From assembly GCF_964355755.1 (NCBI RefSeq), contig NC_092671.1, forward strand, positions 23,572,070-23,636,069: a DNA stretch of 64,000 nucleotides, written 5' to 3'. The notes under the pieces were generated by a model that did no database searches, was not told the origin of the DNA, and saw only the letters and a program-made list of their open reading frames with translations. A program made the position numbers and the translations under genes. Positions 37,252-50,634 of this stretch are shown here, piece after piece (positions within the stretch are counted from its first letter, which is position 1; each line of letters begins with the position of its first letter). The DNA comes from Antedon mediterranea. Its lineage: Eukaryota; Animalia; Echinodermata.

Positions 37252-38556
37252 GTCATACCTAACAGTAACACACACGTCACACCCACACAGCTACTACTAG
37301 AATAGACATGGGTTTAGAGACTAATAATTAGGCCTAACAGTATTAATAGAAACTATAATTTTAACATGTAATTCTTTAGTAATACATTATATTAAAAACA
37401 CTATCATAAACTAAAGGCTGATTATTTCGACAATCCACACAAAACGCCGCTATTCTTTCATGAAATCGCACGCCGCAACCACAGCGGAGATAGGCCTAGA
37501 ATCGTATCGCAGTTGTCGTGTAATCACTTCTTGTTGCTATACGCTTGGGTGCACACGGAACAAGAAAATTTAACTGATGAATTATTCGTGTTTATTTTGT
37601 GACGTTTCATTAAGGGGTCCCCAACTTATGTACGAAAAAAAAAATCGCTTCCTGGGCACGTGTTCACAAAAACGTCATTTGATAGCTTTTGTTATAAGCT
37701 TTAAAATGGTATAAAAATCAATTATGCGCGGTACCTACTGCGCCGCTGTTATTTCTGTTGGTTACACTTCCCTGCACAGCATTGTTTGTCATTGTCAGTA
37801 TAATAATGAAATAAATAGCAATTAATAATACGTTATTTAGACGACACAGGACGAATTGGGACAGATCTATGAAATGCTGTCGTTTTTTTTTCGCAATGAA
37901 TGAAAAAAATGTACACATTGACAGCAACAAGTAGTAAAAAAAATAGGTTGGTATAATTATCGCCTTTGATACTATTTGTAGGCCTATACGATATTATTAT
38001 AGAATCATATATAATAATCATATTGCCATACTTAAACATGTATTGCTAATTAAAAAAATTAAATTACTTACTTACTTTAAATACACTATTAAAAAATGGT
38101 ACAAATATTTGTTAATAGTTTCCAGTGAAGAATGTAAGTAACATGAAACTAAGACGTGTAAAGTATCAACAACCCAAATGCAGAGTTGAAAGATATAGAA
38201 AAAGTGCAATTCCATACCTTATCTCGCTTCTAAATGAATAATCTGTATATATCACCCAGTACAGCTTTGCGATTTTTATTGATGCTTTTAGGTGTTTTTT
38301 TTTTCTATTTTAATATTTTAAGCTAAACTTTTTGAATGTTCCTGTATTGTATTGTGTAAATTTCCTCCTTTTTTATATTTTTTTATCATTGGTTTTATAC
38401 TTTTTTACAAATTTTAATATTGAACAAATGTAAATATCTTTGTAATTCAGCTAAGGCTGCGATAATGATATTGAAATAAATGAAATGAAATGAAATGAAA
38501 TGAAATAGATGATGAAGACTTGAAAGCAATATTCTTTACCCAAGGAAGAGTGGAGT

Positions 38557-38800
38557 TGTGGCTTGGTGGTTATGTGGCTTGGTGGTTATGATGCTTGGCT
38601 ACCACTCCAAGGGTCCTGGGTTCAAGTCATGTCAGGATTTTTTCTAAGGACCAAATTAAAACTCCACTCCCAAAGACTTATAAGAAGACTTTGTTTATGT
38701 AGAGCATCTTGTGTATATGTTTGTCTTGTCAAACTCTGAGGGTTCCTAATGATCAGCATTAGCTGGATGGATCACCCTCATTAATTATGGTTTAAAAAAA
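38557..38800 (+). mobile_element. tRNA-derived SINE
   Basis: A box TGGCTTGGTGG (tandemly duplicated, 16 bp), B box GGTTCAAGTC, A-rich tail. Confidence 0.55.
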
Positions 38801-38928
38801 ATAAAAAGAGGAAGAAAGAAAGTTAAAAATCAGGAATTTCCAATAAAACACTAAAACAATTCGGGTATTTAAAGGTTACATCCAGTGAGCTGTAAGCTGA
38901 AGGCTAGAGGATGCACTCCAGACTCAAT

Positions 38929-39320
38929 AGTGATTCCAACAGGAAGGGAACCAACAAGATGGCGGCCGTAAATGTGTTCAAAAATATTATTTAATGTAAA
39001 AAATATTAATCTAATATAATACATTAAGACCACTTAAATTACAACACATATTCTTGTCAAAGCACAGTGAAGTTTTTATAAAATTAAATATAATTATTGT
39101 TAATCGCAATAGAATGAATAATTTCTTGGTAATCTAGCATTTTTTGTATACGAGGATCATATAGAATGCGTTCGCATTTATACGCTTAATGCGCTACGTT
39201 GCGTATCGTTTTCACGCAGATAGGCTCAACACAGGCGTAGTAGTGCGTACTGCGTAGGGCATATCTGATTGGTCGATTGCAGCCGCCATCTTGTTGGTTC
39301 CCTCTCCACGGAGAATCACT
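38929..39320. mobile_element. ~390-bp inverted-repeat-bounded segment (MITE-like)
   Basis: AGTGATT..AGGGAACCAACAAGATGGCGGC and GCCGCCATCTTGTTGGTTCCCT..AATCACT; no clear TSD. Confidence 0.55.
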
Positions 39321-40657
39321 TTTGAACTGCGATAACATTAAAAGATTGCCATCCAGATCACTCGTTACATCTAATCTCGACTGGGAAACAGTCGCATCAT
39401 GGCTTACAAAATTATGTGCAAACCTTACAATAGAAGAGGATTACAAGATAGAAACCGTTATAAATCCAGAAACTAACAGATATTTTTTTAGCTACTCCAA
39501 TCAACAGTGACTTAATTGGTGAGGTCCTTTGTTAAAAAGAGGAGATGTTATTTATGGAGTAGCAGGATTTGAAGAGAGAATTAAAATTAAAATAGATAAA
39601 TAACTAAACAAATGATATATGTATTGTATAATTAGTCTTAATATACATTATATTATAATATGATTATACGATTTCAATTACAGGACCATCTTGTAGTAAA
39701 CTTAGAATCACCAAGACATTTGTAGCAGATGGTAAAAAGTTAGATGATAACATGAAATGTCTGGTTACCAATCATACCATAATTGGATCAAATTTATTTA
39801 AAAGTAATGCTTAATTCCATCAATTTCTGCCCTATAATGGAACAAATGAAGTATTTGACAATTGCATAGTAAATTTTAAAAAAAGTGGATGATAATTGAG
39901 GGCATTTCTCCAACAATCATTACTTCAAAAGGACACCAGTAACACTGACACAACAGGTAATAAAATCGTACAAGAGCATGAAATCTAAATTAAATAATAC
40001 AGAAAGAATTCAAGAAAAACAACATTTACTGAATGAAAATAAAGTACTTGCCTTTAGTGAAAAAATAAAAAATTATTTCACACATATTGAGAAACTGAAT
40101 ACTAAAATAAAATCTACTCAAAGTCAATTAAGTATTTATAGAAAGCGATGTAAAGTACAGTAACAAAAAAGTGCAGGCAATGAAAGAATTGAATAGGTTA
40201 AAATGATGTGTTGAACTCTGAGGCTGATGGGGAGATACTAACAAAATGGAGCGAAACAAATGGTCAGTCTTTTACTGATGACATTGGGAAATGCATTATG
40301 GAATTGGTTGAGAATTGGATGTGCCTACAAACAAATGTTCAAAGGTCATTAAGACTGTGTCATCATGGATGTTTGATAAAAAAAAACTATTTGAAAGATC
40401 TACCATCGACATCGACAAAATATGGTTGATAGGGCCCACTACCTCAGCAAATTACAAGTGGCTGAAACAACAAAATGGTTTCAGATATGTATCCATAAAA
40501 GATAGCCAAACTCTATTGAACACTGCTAATAGCCATGATGGATGAGACATTCTTGATCCTTCAAATAAAGAAGAAGGTTATAAATCAATATTATAAAAAA
40601 TGTTTGTTTTAATGTCAGACAGAGCCAGTGTAAATAGGTCCTGTAATCAGAAACTAA

Positions 40658-41687
40658 GGCCCTGTTCAGACCCATGGCGTTAGACCGTTTTAGCGTGCAA
40701 CGTTACTATCAAGGTCACGTTACAAACCGCAGAGAAAAAAACGAGGTGTTCAGACCCATAGCGTACGATTATCGTTACAACGGAAGTACGTCATCCAAGT
40801 TGTTTCTAGTTGCATATTCATGTGTTCTTACCCACGTGTTTTCATCATTATTTCCACTGTATATAGGCCTAGATCTCAGCCCTACAATTATGACAAAATT
40901 TGCCGTAAATAAAACATACCTCAGCATTTATTTAAGAAAATATAGTAAAGCCAAATTTCTGTTTCTATTGTTTTTATTTTGTAGTAAAAAACATTTTCCC
41001 CAGGCTCTTGTGTTACGAAAATAAAGCAGGCCTCGTAATGATGAAGAAAAAAATGATTGTGATTAGTCTATCCAGTCCAGTCAAAGATATATATTCTTTG
41101 GTCCAGTCGGTTGAAAATAACCCTTAACTTGCTAATAAAAGGGACTTGTCCAGTCTAGTCTGCTCTGTATGAATTATACCTCCATGGAATGAGTGACTTG
41201 ATGTCCCACGCTAGTTTTTAGCTTGAATGAAATGCGTGAATGGCTCTAGGCCTAGCTAGGCCTAAAAGCGGATGGGATCGTAGTCCCTATGTTTAAATAC
41301 AAAGTGCATGTATTTATGTCATTTGTTAGAAAATATAATGGTAATCAGTTGATAATAGTTTGTAGCCTTTGTAACAGTTGTATTTGTAGTGTAGTTAGGC
41401 CTTATTTATTCTGGCCTTTTTGTTATTGAAATCCATCTCACACATTGACGATACAAGATGTCAGCCTAGGTCAAACCTTGTTTCGCGTCATAACAGGAAA
41501 CGTTCTGATTGGATACAACGTTGACTTACAGTAGCGTCGTACGCTAAAACGGTACTATCAACCGTTTTCCACTACAACGCTACAACCGTTGTACGACGCG
41601 TTGTACGCTAATCCCCAACTGTTCAGACACACATTCTTTTAGCGTCGTACGCTAAAACGGTCTAACGCCATGGGTCTGAACAGGGCC
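40658..41687. mobile_element. PIF/Harbinger MITE (1030 bp), TSD TAA
   Basis: TAA|GGCCCTGTTCAGACCCATGGCGTTAGACCGTTTTAGCGT ... perfect inverse|TAA. Confidence 0.92.
41082..41100. repeat. 19-bp hairpin with 7-bp direct repeats (putative footprint)
   Basis: GTCCAGT|CAAAGATATATATTCTTTG|GTCCAGT. Confidence 0.6.
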
Positions 41688-43389
41688 TAAATGTCAATAG
41701 AATTGATACACTTGGTAGCCCAATTGACCTCCATTTTGTATATTGCAATGCCCACTTTTTGTTAGGCCTGTCCAATAAGGCAGATGTGATTATGAAGGAT
41801 TATGTGAAAAATTTGAAAGCCGAATTAGGTTCATCTATAGGCAGATTTACATTTACAAAATTTTGTTGGTTTAAATCATCTGGTGAGTCAGGTCCCGCTC
41901 GATTTGTCAGAACAGGGGGCGATGAGAAAAATGATGTAGAGTTGATTGGGAGGGGTATTGTAGTAGAAAAGGTGAAAGATCCCATGTAACTAGTTTTCGC
42001 ATGAAGTGCTTTAAGGAGGTGCGGGGGGCATTATATTATCGAAAAAATATTGTTGAGTTTTTGGAGAATTTTAAAGAATCAAAAAACCTAAAACAAGATA
42101 GTGTCTTCAGGGATGTAATTGTGCAGGGCGGAGCCAGGCTGGCCCGCTCTGCCTAAAAGGATTCCTCCGGGCTAAAGCTAGTCTCAATTATTTTGTTTTT
42201 GCCTATATTTTCAACTTAATTTAATCCACTGATGAATTCTAAATATAGTATCAGAACGTTCAGTCAATCGCTCAAAAAGAATGCCTACAGAGAAGACCGT
42301 AATTAATACAGACCTAGATTTTTGGTCACATAGAATGAAACCCAATACTGTACTTTGTTGTTGACGTACACCGCAACCTCCCTACTATTGTTATACAATA
42401 TTGTGCTTTTTTAATAAAAGATGTAAAAATCAATATATTTCTTCAATTAAAAAGAGGCTATTTTTATTTGTTTACTGAATACTGCCAAGGTGACATACAA
42501 TAAACATATAGTTATTAACAAAATGTTAATGAGCATCCCACTCCTAACACCTCACCTCTAGCACAGTTGCTTTTTGGATAGGTGTGAAGGGCCGTAACCA
42601 GGTTTGATGGCAGGTTTTCTCTAGGTGGCCGTAAATCGCATTTCTGGCTATTCTCTTGTGTTTCTGGACTATATAAATTTGTTTAATTTCTTCACTATTT
42701 AAAGAGCGTCATATGACATTTTTGAAGAATGTGATACCGCCAGACATCCGGACGAAAGTATTGAAATAAAAAAAAAGTTAATTTAGGCCTACCACGACAC
42801 CACTCGCACACAATCACCAAAGTTGATACATCCACTAATGACTGAGAGGATGCATCCTTCCTGCGCGTACCATTTAGAAATTAAATAAATTTCACTTGTT
42901 ATACATACATTCATTGTGGTAAAGAAACGATATTTAAAAGTTTAAACCCAGAATTCCCTTTTAAGACTTGGAAAAAATGTTTTCTTCTAATCTGGTTTTC
43001 AGTAACTGTCTGTCTGTAGTCGGTCCGTCCATCAATTCCCTTTTTTTTTAACCGTATAACATAAATTCTTCGGTTTTTGAATGGACGTTGAAATTTAACA
43101 TTTTTTAACTTGTACCCCTTTCCCACATTCACAAATACGTCTACGAATGAACACAAATTAGAATTTTTTTTTAATCGTACTGCAAACTATATTGTAATTT
43201 TTCTGTTACGACAGTTGCTCGATGGAAATACAATATTGTTACGATAATTTTGCAACAGTATTACGAATACAGTGCTAAGGCGTATCAGGATTTGGTACGA
43301 CGAACTATTAAAATATTGAGACTGTACTACGATGTCATTAGGTCTTCAATACACTTATAAATCACTGTCTAATATATTTTATCCACTAA

Positions 43390-43570
43390 TCTATATATAA
43401 ATTTACGTAAGGGCAAAATTCGGTAAATCGCGCGTTATTTCTAGAATGTTTACTCGATGGTATATAAAGTTGGATCGTACTTTCGGTACTGATTTTAACC
43501 ACCTGATTTAACCCTGTTTACTAATTAAATTGAGTTCGATAATTAGTTATTGACGATTAAAACGAATTTA
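43390..43570 (+). repeat. Helitron-like 5' end remnant, second copy at ~47448-47630
   Basis: Both start A|TCTATATATAAATTTACGTAAGGG and stay loosely alignable for ~150 bp; no 3' CTRR end identified. Confidence 0.4.
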
Positions 43571-43950
43571 GGTTCAACGATTTGCCCCAAATAGGGGTGT
43601 TTTTCGATCGTGGTATACACTGTCTAATGGATGTCCGTCTTGAAAAATACCCGCAGACAATAATACGAGGATGCTTCGCATTTTCCTATCTCCTCCTACG
43701 ATAATTGTTTTTAATGGCTGAAAACCGGTTGAACAGCTCGAGTATAGCATCATAATGTTGAAGACAGGCCGATTTTCTTTAAAAAAATACTATTTTGATA
43801 GATTTTTACGTTTATACAAATGTATTGATTTGCGATGAATGGAACATTCCAATCTCTCAGACTCATATATATGACATGACAGTGCCTCTCCCGCCTGTCT
43901 CAGATTTTTTTTTGTATCCTATTTATGTGTTCTAACTTATCACTTTACAG

Positions 43951-44017
43951 GCATTCTTGCTAGAAGACTCGACAGTGATGCAGCTGACATGAAAAGGCAA
44001 AACTATCAGTATATCAG
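43951..44017 (+). CDS. ATIC: ATIC coding exon 4
   Basis: CTAAC branch-like site, TTTACAG/GTAAAT, 67 bp; GILARRLDSDAADMKRQNYQYIR, phase-compatible with exons 3 and 5. Confidence 0.93.
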
Positions 44018-44483
44018 GTAAATAGTACAACTATGTAGCAGTTATAGTTCAACTATGTAGCAGTTATAGTTCGAGATATTACTTTGTTTAGAACCTTAGA
44101 TGTAAAATTAACAAATCTACAGTAAGTATAGTCAGCTTTTTTGTTTAACTGCACAATTCAAAAATAACATTTAAATTTAAAAGCTTTTTAGTCTGCGGCC
44201 TAAATTACTCAGGACCAAGCCATGGCCCGGCCAGGTGTACTAATGACCAAAATGAAGCAAATATAAGACTACTGAGTCTACCATCTGGGCCCCACCATGG
44301 GACTGAGTTAAGGAAATTGTTGGAATAAGCAGGGATGTCACCACGCTGGTCAGCGCCGGACGGGCCTGCCCAGCACTCAAAATTTCCGACCAGGATTTAC
44401 AGGCTGCTGACCACCACTATTATTTATTTATCATTACAATATTTATATAGGCCTAACTAAAATTCGTACTAAAACATTTTACC

Positions 44484-44868
44484 GGGTCCTCCTAAATACT
44501 AAGACCTACCAAGACCTACCAAGACCTGCCAATTTAAAATGTTAATTTAACGAAATATTATATTATATAGAGTTCTAATAGTATTTCCAACAATAAAACC
44601 TCAATTTTAGCACGATATAGACACCAAAAATGTTAAATAATCGACAAGTTTCGCATTCGCGACACAAAAGGCTTGGCACTTGATGCAGCTCTCCTGGTCG
44701 TAGACCACTGACTGTTCTGGTGACTACATCGCACTAAAACTGAGGTTTTATTGTTGTAAATGCTATTAGAACTCTATATATAATATTTCATTAAATTAAA
44801 ACACTTTAAATTAATATTTCATTAAATTAACACTTTAAATTGGTAGGTCTTAGTATTTAGGAGGACCC
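44484..44868. repeat. Fold-back inverted repeat with ~150-bp arms
   Basis: GGGTCCTCCTAAATACTAAGACCTACC.. pairs with ..GGTAGGTCTTAGTATTTAGGAGGACCC. Confidence 0.8.
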
Positions 44869-45046
44869 ATTTTACCTAGTACATCATTAATAACATACAA
44901 GCTAGCCTCATAGATAAGACTAAAGCAAAATGTTTCCGTGGTTACATACGTTACTTTATTTGTAACACAATACTAGGGCTACCCTGCCCTGGTATTCATT
45001 GTTACAGCTTGTGAGTCATGGCGAACAACGTGCGACACAGCACAGT

Positions 45047-46551
45047 CAGTGGTGGCGCCAGCGGGGGACTACGGGGGCTGTAGCCCCCTCGTCGGGGAGC
45101 CTAGCCCCCGTAGCACCCCACTGGCGCCACCACTGACTGTGCTGTCGAAAATAATATACAGTAAAAATCATTAGTGTTCACTTCGTAGCTTCAGCGCCTA
45201 GAAAACCATGACGTTCCATTTTTTTAATACGTACATTGGAGGGCTATTACACTTTATATGCCTGCATTATTGCCAGCGATCTAATAAACATTAGGTACGC
45301 ACATGTCTGGCGGTGTCCCTTTGTACGAATCGTTTAACATTGGACCCGGCCCATTGCGGTTTACGTGTGATATTGTGTTTCATCCAGGGACCAGAATGTG
45401 TACTGTAGTTTCCAGGCGAACTTTACCGAAGCATTACGTCGTGTAATGTGTATTGACGTACGCTATACAGCAAAAGGGTACGAATTATGTTATAATTATG
45501 CGATCTTTTGTTCGTATGTTAAATTTTTTTATTTACGATTAACCCTTGGTGGTTTCACGCTTTTTTTACTAAACAAAAAACATGCCATTTTCGTTTAGCC
45601 AACATCTTATTATAGCTAAGTTATTACATTTTCAATGTCCTGTATGTCATGAACTGCTCATCTTACATTGAAATTCCATATTCACATCTGGGAAATAAAC
45701 TGGTTTCCCCGACGGAAAATGTTCTACGCTTGCGGACGCATTCCCCTCCAAATAAAAGGTAAAAAGGGTCACTTTTTTAGGCCTCCAGTCCTGAAGTGTA
45801 AGTGTAGTTTTTAAAGATCTGCAGCTCTAGTTTTCAAAATTGTCTTAGCTCAACCGTCCCCAAGAGCTGGTCATGGATACTTATACATTTCGTTTTATAT
45901 TTCGATGTACAATATACAGTTAGTGAATTGTCTGGGATAGAGCTCTCTTTAAAAAAAAAATGTTTTATATCCATGGTAGGGCTGGTTCTAGAGACGTACC
46001 GGTATATATTTTGTTTTATGCTTCGAACTATTATAAGTTAAATTTCCGGGACCTAGCAACTCTATTTTCCAAAATGTTCTTAGCTCCACCTGTAGACCTA
46101 TAATTTCGTTTCATATTTCAATGTTTTGCAGGGACCTAGCAGCTCTATTTTTCACAATTTTCTTAGCTCCACCCAACCATCCATGGCGGGCTGGTCCTGT
46201 AGACATTATAATTTCGTTTCATTTATCAATATGGGCCTATATAAGTGCAATTTCCAGGTACCTAGCAGTTCTATTTTCACAATTTTCTTAGCAGCTCAAC
46301 CCTAATGGTAGGGCTGGTCCTGGAGACGTACTTAATTATATATGTGCAATGTGTTTTTCACACAGTATTTTATTTATGTACCATACAAAATGGAAAAAGT
46401 TGGCTACCCTAAATCTGATTAAACGCTATAACGCGTTGCTTCTTGGGGCTTCGCCCCCTGGCCCCCAGCCTAGCGATGCTCGTTTCGCTCGCATAGCCCC
46501 TCCGTCGGGGAGTTTAGCCCCCGCGTCTGAAAGATCCTGCCGCCACCGCTG
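45047..46551. mobile_element. hAT MITE (1505 bp) with 8-bp TSD AGCACAGT
   Basis: AGCACAGT|CAGTGGTGGCGCCAG ... CTGCCGCCACCGCTG|AGCACAGT; AGCCCCC subterminal motifs; internal degenerate tandem repeats at ~45820-46330. Confidence 0.88.
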
Positions 46552-47747
46552 AGCACAGTGTACAAGTTTAAAGTTCACATAGGGCAATTCCATAGTGCAG
46601 AGGATTTTTTTCCATTTTTTCAAATTAAACCAATCAAACTATATTTGGTATCAAATTAAAGATTATTTTATAGAGAATTAGGTTATATGAAAAAAATAAA
46701 AATTAGGGCCTTGATATGATATGGAAAATTTGATTCAAACATTGATACCTAAAAATGTAATGAAAATGAGAAATGTATGACCTTTTTCAGCTTCAGTAAT
46801 AAATAATCAGAGTGGTGTAAAAAGTTAAAATCCATGTTATTTCAGTTTAGTACATAACATTTTAGACACAAAACAAAAAATTAATTTCTGATTTTACATT
46901 AATTAAATTTGGTCCAATAATAATGTATCATTTTGTAATTCCGACACAAAAAAGTTTTTTTTTTTAGGATTTCTAATAAAATAATAACTTCTGTAAAAAA
47001 TCAAGACTAATGCAAATCAAGCAACAGTATAGACATTATATTATGATAATTATTGTTTTTAATTTTTTTTATTTCCTAAGTTATTGAAGTTTTAAACCTG
47101 AAATTCCGTCACAAATCATTGGTTGCGGAATTACGTAATTCCACTATTATTTAACATATTATTGATGCAAAAACATTTTTTAAGCAATTTTTTCTTAGCA
47201 TGAACACAACTACCAGCAAAATTTGTACAAAGTTTATGTGGTTGTTTATTATTATGGATCTATGGCTTCTTTTGTTCGATTAATTTGTCAATTAATTTAA
47301 AATAAAATAATTAAATTTTTTATTTGATTGATTGATGTAGAGAAGGCCAAATAGAAAGCCATTTTATTGACATGATAAACCGTGTGCTTACTAATAAAGC
47401 ACATAGTATTTTTATTTAACGACTGAGGTCAGAAAAAACGCGAATAATCTATATATAAATTTACGTAAGGGAAAATGTTTGTAAATCTTTTACTCAATGA
47501 TATAGAAAGTTGGTAAGTATTGTACTTTTGGTACATATTTTAACACTTAATGAAAACCAGTATACTGTACTACTAAATTTACAGTATTCATTAAAAACTA
47601 GAATTTAATTCGTCACATTGACGAATTATAGGTGATCATTTTTATCATTTTAATAAAATTAACATTTTTTAAACATGCATGTACGTTAACATACGATCGT
47701 TAAAAGTTGATGTACGCCATCCTATGACATGATGCATATACACTTAA

Positions 47748-49774
47748 AGTAGGTATCCCAATGTAAAAATTCAAATTAATGATGGTACTTTTTCTTTCAG
47801 TTAATCAGAAGGAACTTACTGAACATAAACTTTTGCAATTTAAATGATAGAAATCGGATTATCCATTCAAAAGTTATGGTCCGTTAAAGTGCCCAAAAAA
47901 CTGTGATTTTTGCTTGAAAAATGGCACTTTTTCTAATTATATTTGAACCCATTTTTGAAGGGTTATAACTTTTATACTAATAATTTTAAAGTTCTTATTT
48001 TTTCCAAACCCATAGATACAACAGAGTTGTACAAGAATATATTTTTTTTGGGTGTCCTCGACATTTTTTTTTTTAGATATCGCCCTCCAAAATTCGTCCG
48101 AGGGCTTTTTACGCGTGATTTTCCCAATGTCTCAAAAATGCGCAAAAAGTTCCTGTCTTTAAATGATTCATAACTTTTGAACCAATGTGTGAATTAACTC
48201 TTTTTTTTTGCATTGCATAAAATGTAATATGTATTTTAGTAAGGTTATTTATATTGACAGGTAGGTAATTCTGAAATACAACATAAAATATTGTTAAAAA
48301 ATGTTAAAATGTGAAAAAAAATAATATTGCGTTAAAAAACTGTGTGGGTATTGTTTCTTTTCATTAAATATTATTTTTCGTAAGTATACATTTTTTTTAT
48401 AATTCTAGTATTTAAAGTTATATTTATAATCATATATTATTTTAATTGATTTTCGAACCGCCAAAAATAAGAATTAAGCCCGTGCTTATTATGTGTTCGA
48501 TTCCATTTGGAGCGCCGGGCCGAACGTAGACTCGGCCGCGCCTACTACAAGTTAAGTTATATAGGCCCCTAGAAGGTCTAAATAAAAGCCTGACGCTAAA
48601 TTCTGCCTAAACTAAGAAATATCGGGAAGAAATTTTTTATTTAACAAAGTAATTACCTCAATGGTATAATTGTAACATGTTTAATTTTATTTCCCTTTCG
48701 ATTATTCTAACCGAAAGTTGCACTTTGAATTGAAATATACGGAATAAAATTTAGGCCTAGAAACAGCGTAGACATACAACGGCAACACAGGCCAAAGCGC
48801 GTTTCGGCCGCCTACATAGAATGGCTTACGGCCGCTGCATAGCAAAATCAAAGCTTCTTAAATTTCTTCGGTACATTTCTTCCTAACGAACTTGCTTTAT
48901 ATAGTAGATTTATAAATATTCCACTTATTAAATAATTTAATAAATCGGTAAAATTGACGTTTCGAAGCAAATATTCCATGAGGCGACATTTTTCGACATG
49001 CCTCGTGTGCGGCGAAGACTAGTTCAGAAAATGGAACAGTCCACTGCAGGGTTATCCAATCATTAATTAACGCGCTAATACATGCATACCATGCACATTG
49101 TCTGGGCGACGGTAATTTAGTAATAAGCGGAGAACTGAATCCCCCCGTAAGGAAAATGGTAAACACTGATATTTATGGTAGGGATTATTTTTTTCAGTGG
49201 TTGGTCTTGTTGGCCTCTTCGCACGAGGTCCACGCAAAGTCAAATAAAACGATGTGGTTTATCAAACAGAAATATAAATTAGCTTCAATTCAATACTAAA
49301 TTAGCCAGATTTTGATAATGAGAAAGACTAAAAAATTCAATTTTTATCGTTAAAATTGACATTTGAGGCGGATGTACATATTAATAATAACCGATTTACA
49401 TATCAAAATAAAGAGTATTTAAAGCCTGATAACATGCAACAAAAATTACTCCACCACCTATTATGGACCTCGTGCGATCGTGTTTTGAAAATGGGTAGGT
49501 GTTTTCCAAAGTTATTTTTAGCGCGCGGATTTCGGCTCGCTGGCTTTTGTACCTCATTTTTAACTCGCGTTTTCTATTAAAATATTTAATAAACATAGAT
49601 TAAAAATATATGAAAATAATCCTTTAAACAAGATCTTTCCAGACATATAATTTTTATTCACATGTGTATATAAGAAATAGTATATTTTTAACTTCAAAGA
49701 CACGTCACTTTTTGAAATTTCACGAACGTGTTAAAATCGCGGTAACGAAAATCCGCTTCATTGGGATACCTACT
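47748..49774. mobile_element. Kolobok-like MITE at a TTAA target
   Basis: TTAA|AGTAGGTATCCCAATG ... CATTGGGATACCTACT|TAA (one T short on the right). Confidence 0.75.
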
Positions 49775-50634
49775 TAAAGTGCTGAGTTCTACCTATTATG
49801 TGTCATACAATATGTACAGTATATACTGTATATCAATCCAAAGGCAAATTACTGAAAAAAATGACAATGCTGTGGGTGTCAGTGGCTGGATCTCAATGGA
49901 GATACAAAAATAAAAAGCGAAAAGCTAAATCAAAACGATAAAGTAAACAGCCAGAAAAGTTAGCAGAGCTTTCGGGCAACACTAGCCCTTCATCAGTGCA
50001 AGTGAAGGAATTTGGATAACGTCAGAATATAAACCTGGCAAGTGCTGCTGCTATACTGTATATCTATATACAGTGTAGCATAGGTGAAATTACGGGACTC
50101 ATATCGTGTTCTAATTTTTTGGTATGATGGAATTTTCAAAATAAACTCGAAGATGACAATTTCGAAAGATAATGAATTGAGCAAATAAATATAAGGATTG
50201 GAAGAAAATTTGACACGTAGAAGCGCAATGCGCGGTCTTTGAAATTTGTATAAGGAAAGTGGCTAGGTTAGTGAACATGTGCGGAACAGACGTCTGCCTA
50301 AAATTTTCAATTTTTGTATCATAACCAGATTATGTGATGATTTTTCATGCCAGCATCATCTTTAATTACATGGTAACATTACTTGAGGATTTCATTTACA
50401 ACCAGGTTTGTTATGATAACTTTTTTTGAAGATCTAATTTGTCGATCTTCCTAGGCCAAACAATACCATAACTAAGTGGAGCACATTCCAGCCCTTGACC
50501 AAAGTTGTCTAGGCCCAAGCTACTTGAATAAACAACTCGTGCACTGATACTTCCTGTGCTGTTATTCTATTGTTCTTAAACAAAAGAACTCAATTTGCCC
50601 ACCAAACAAACAAATATTCTTTATAACTTGAATA

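Larger units (their letters stand above)
39330..42120 (+). pseudogene. Decayed DDE transposase of the CxxH class, superfamily unresolved
   Basis: After removing the 40658-41687 MITE the frame reads MSDRASVNRSCNQKLNVNRIDTLGSPIDLHFVYCNAHFLLGL; upstream KCIMELV..VIKTVS..LPSTST; many stops. Confidence 0.55.

Noticed and set aside
42124-44990. A hAT element spanning ATIC exon 4 (CAGGG-type starts at 42124 and 44330)
   Set aside because: No matching right TIR or TSD was found; these look like isolated end fragments.
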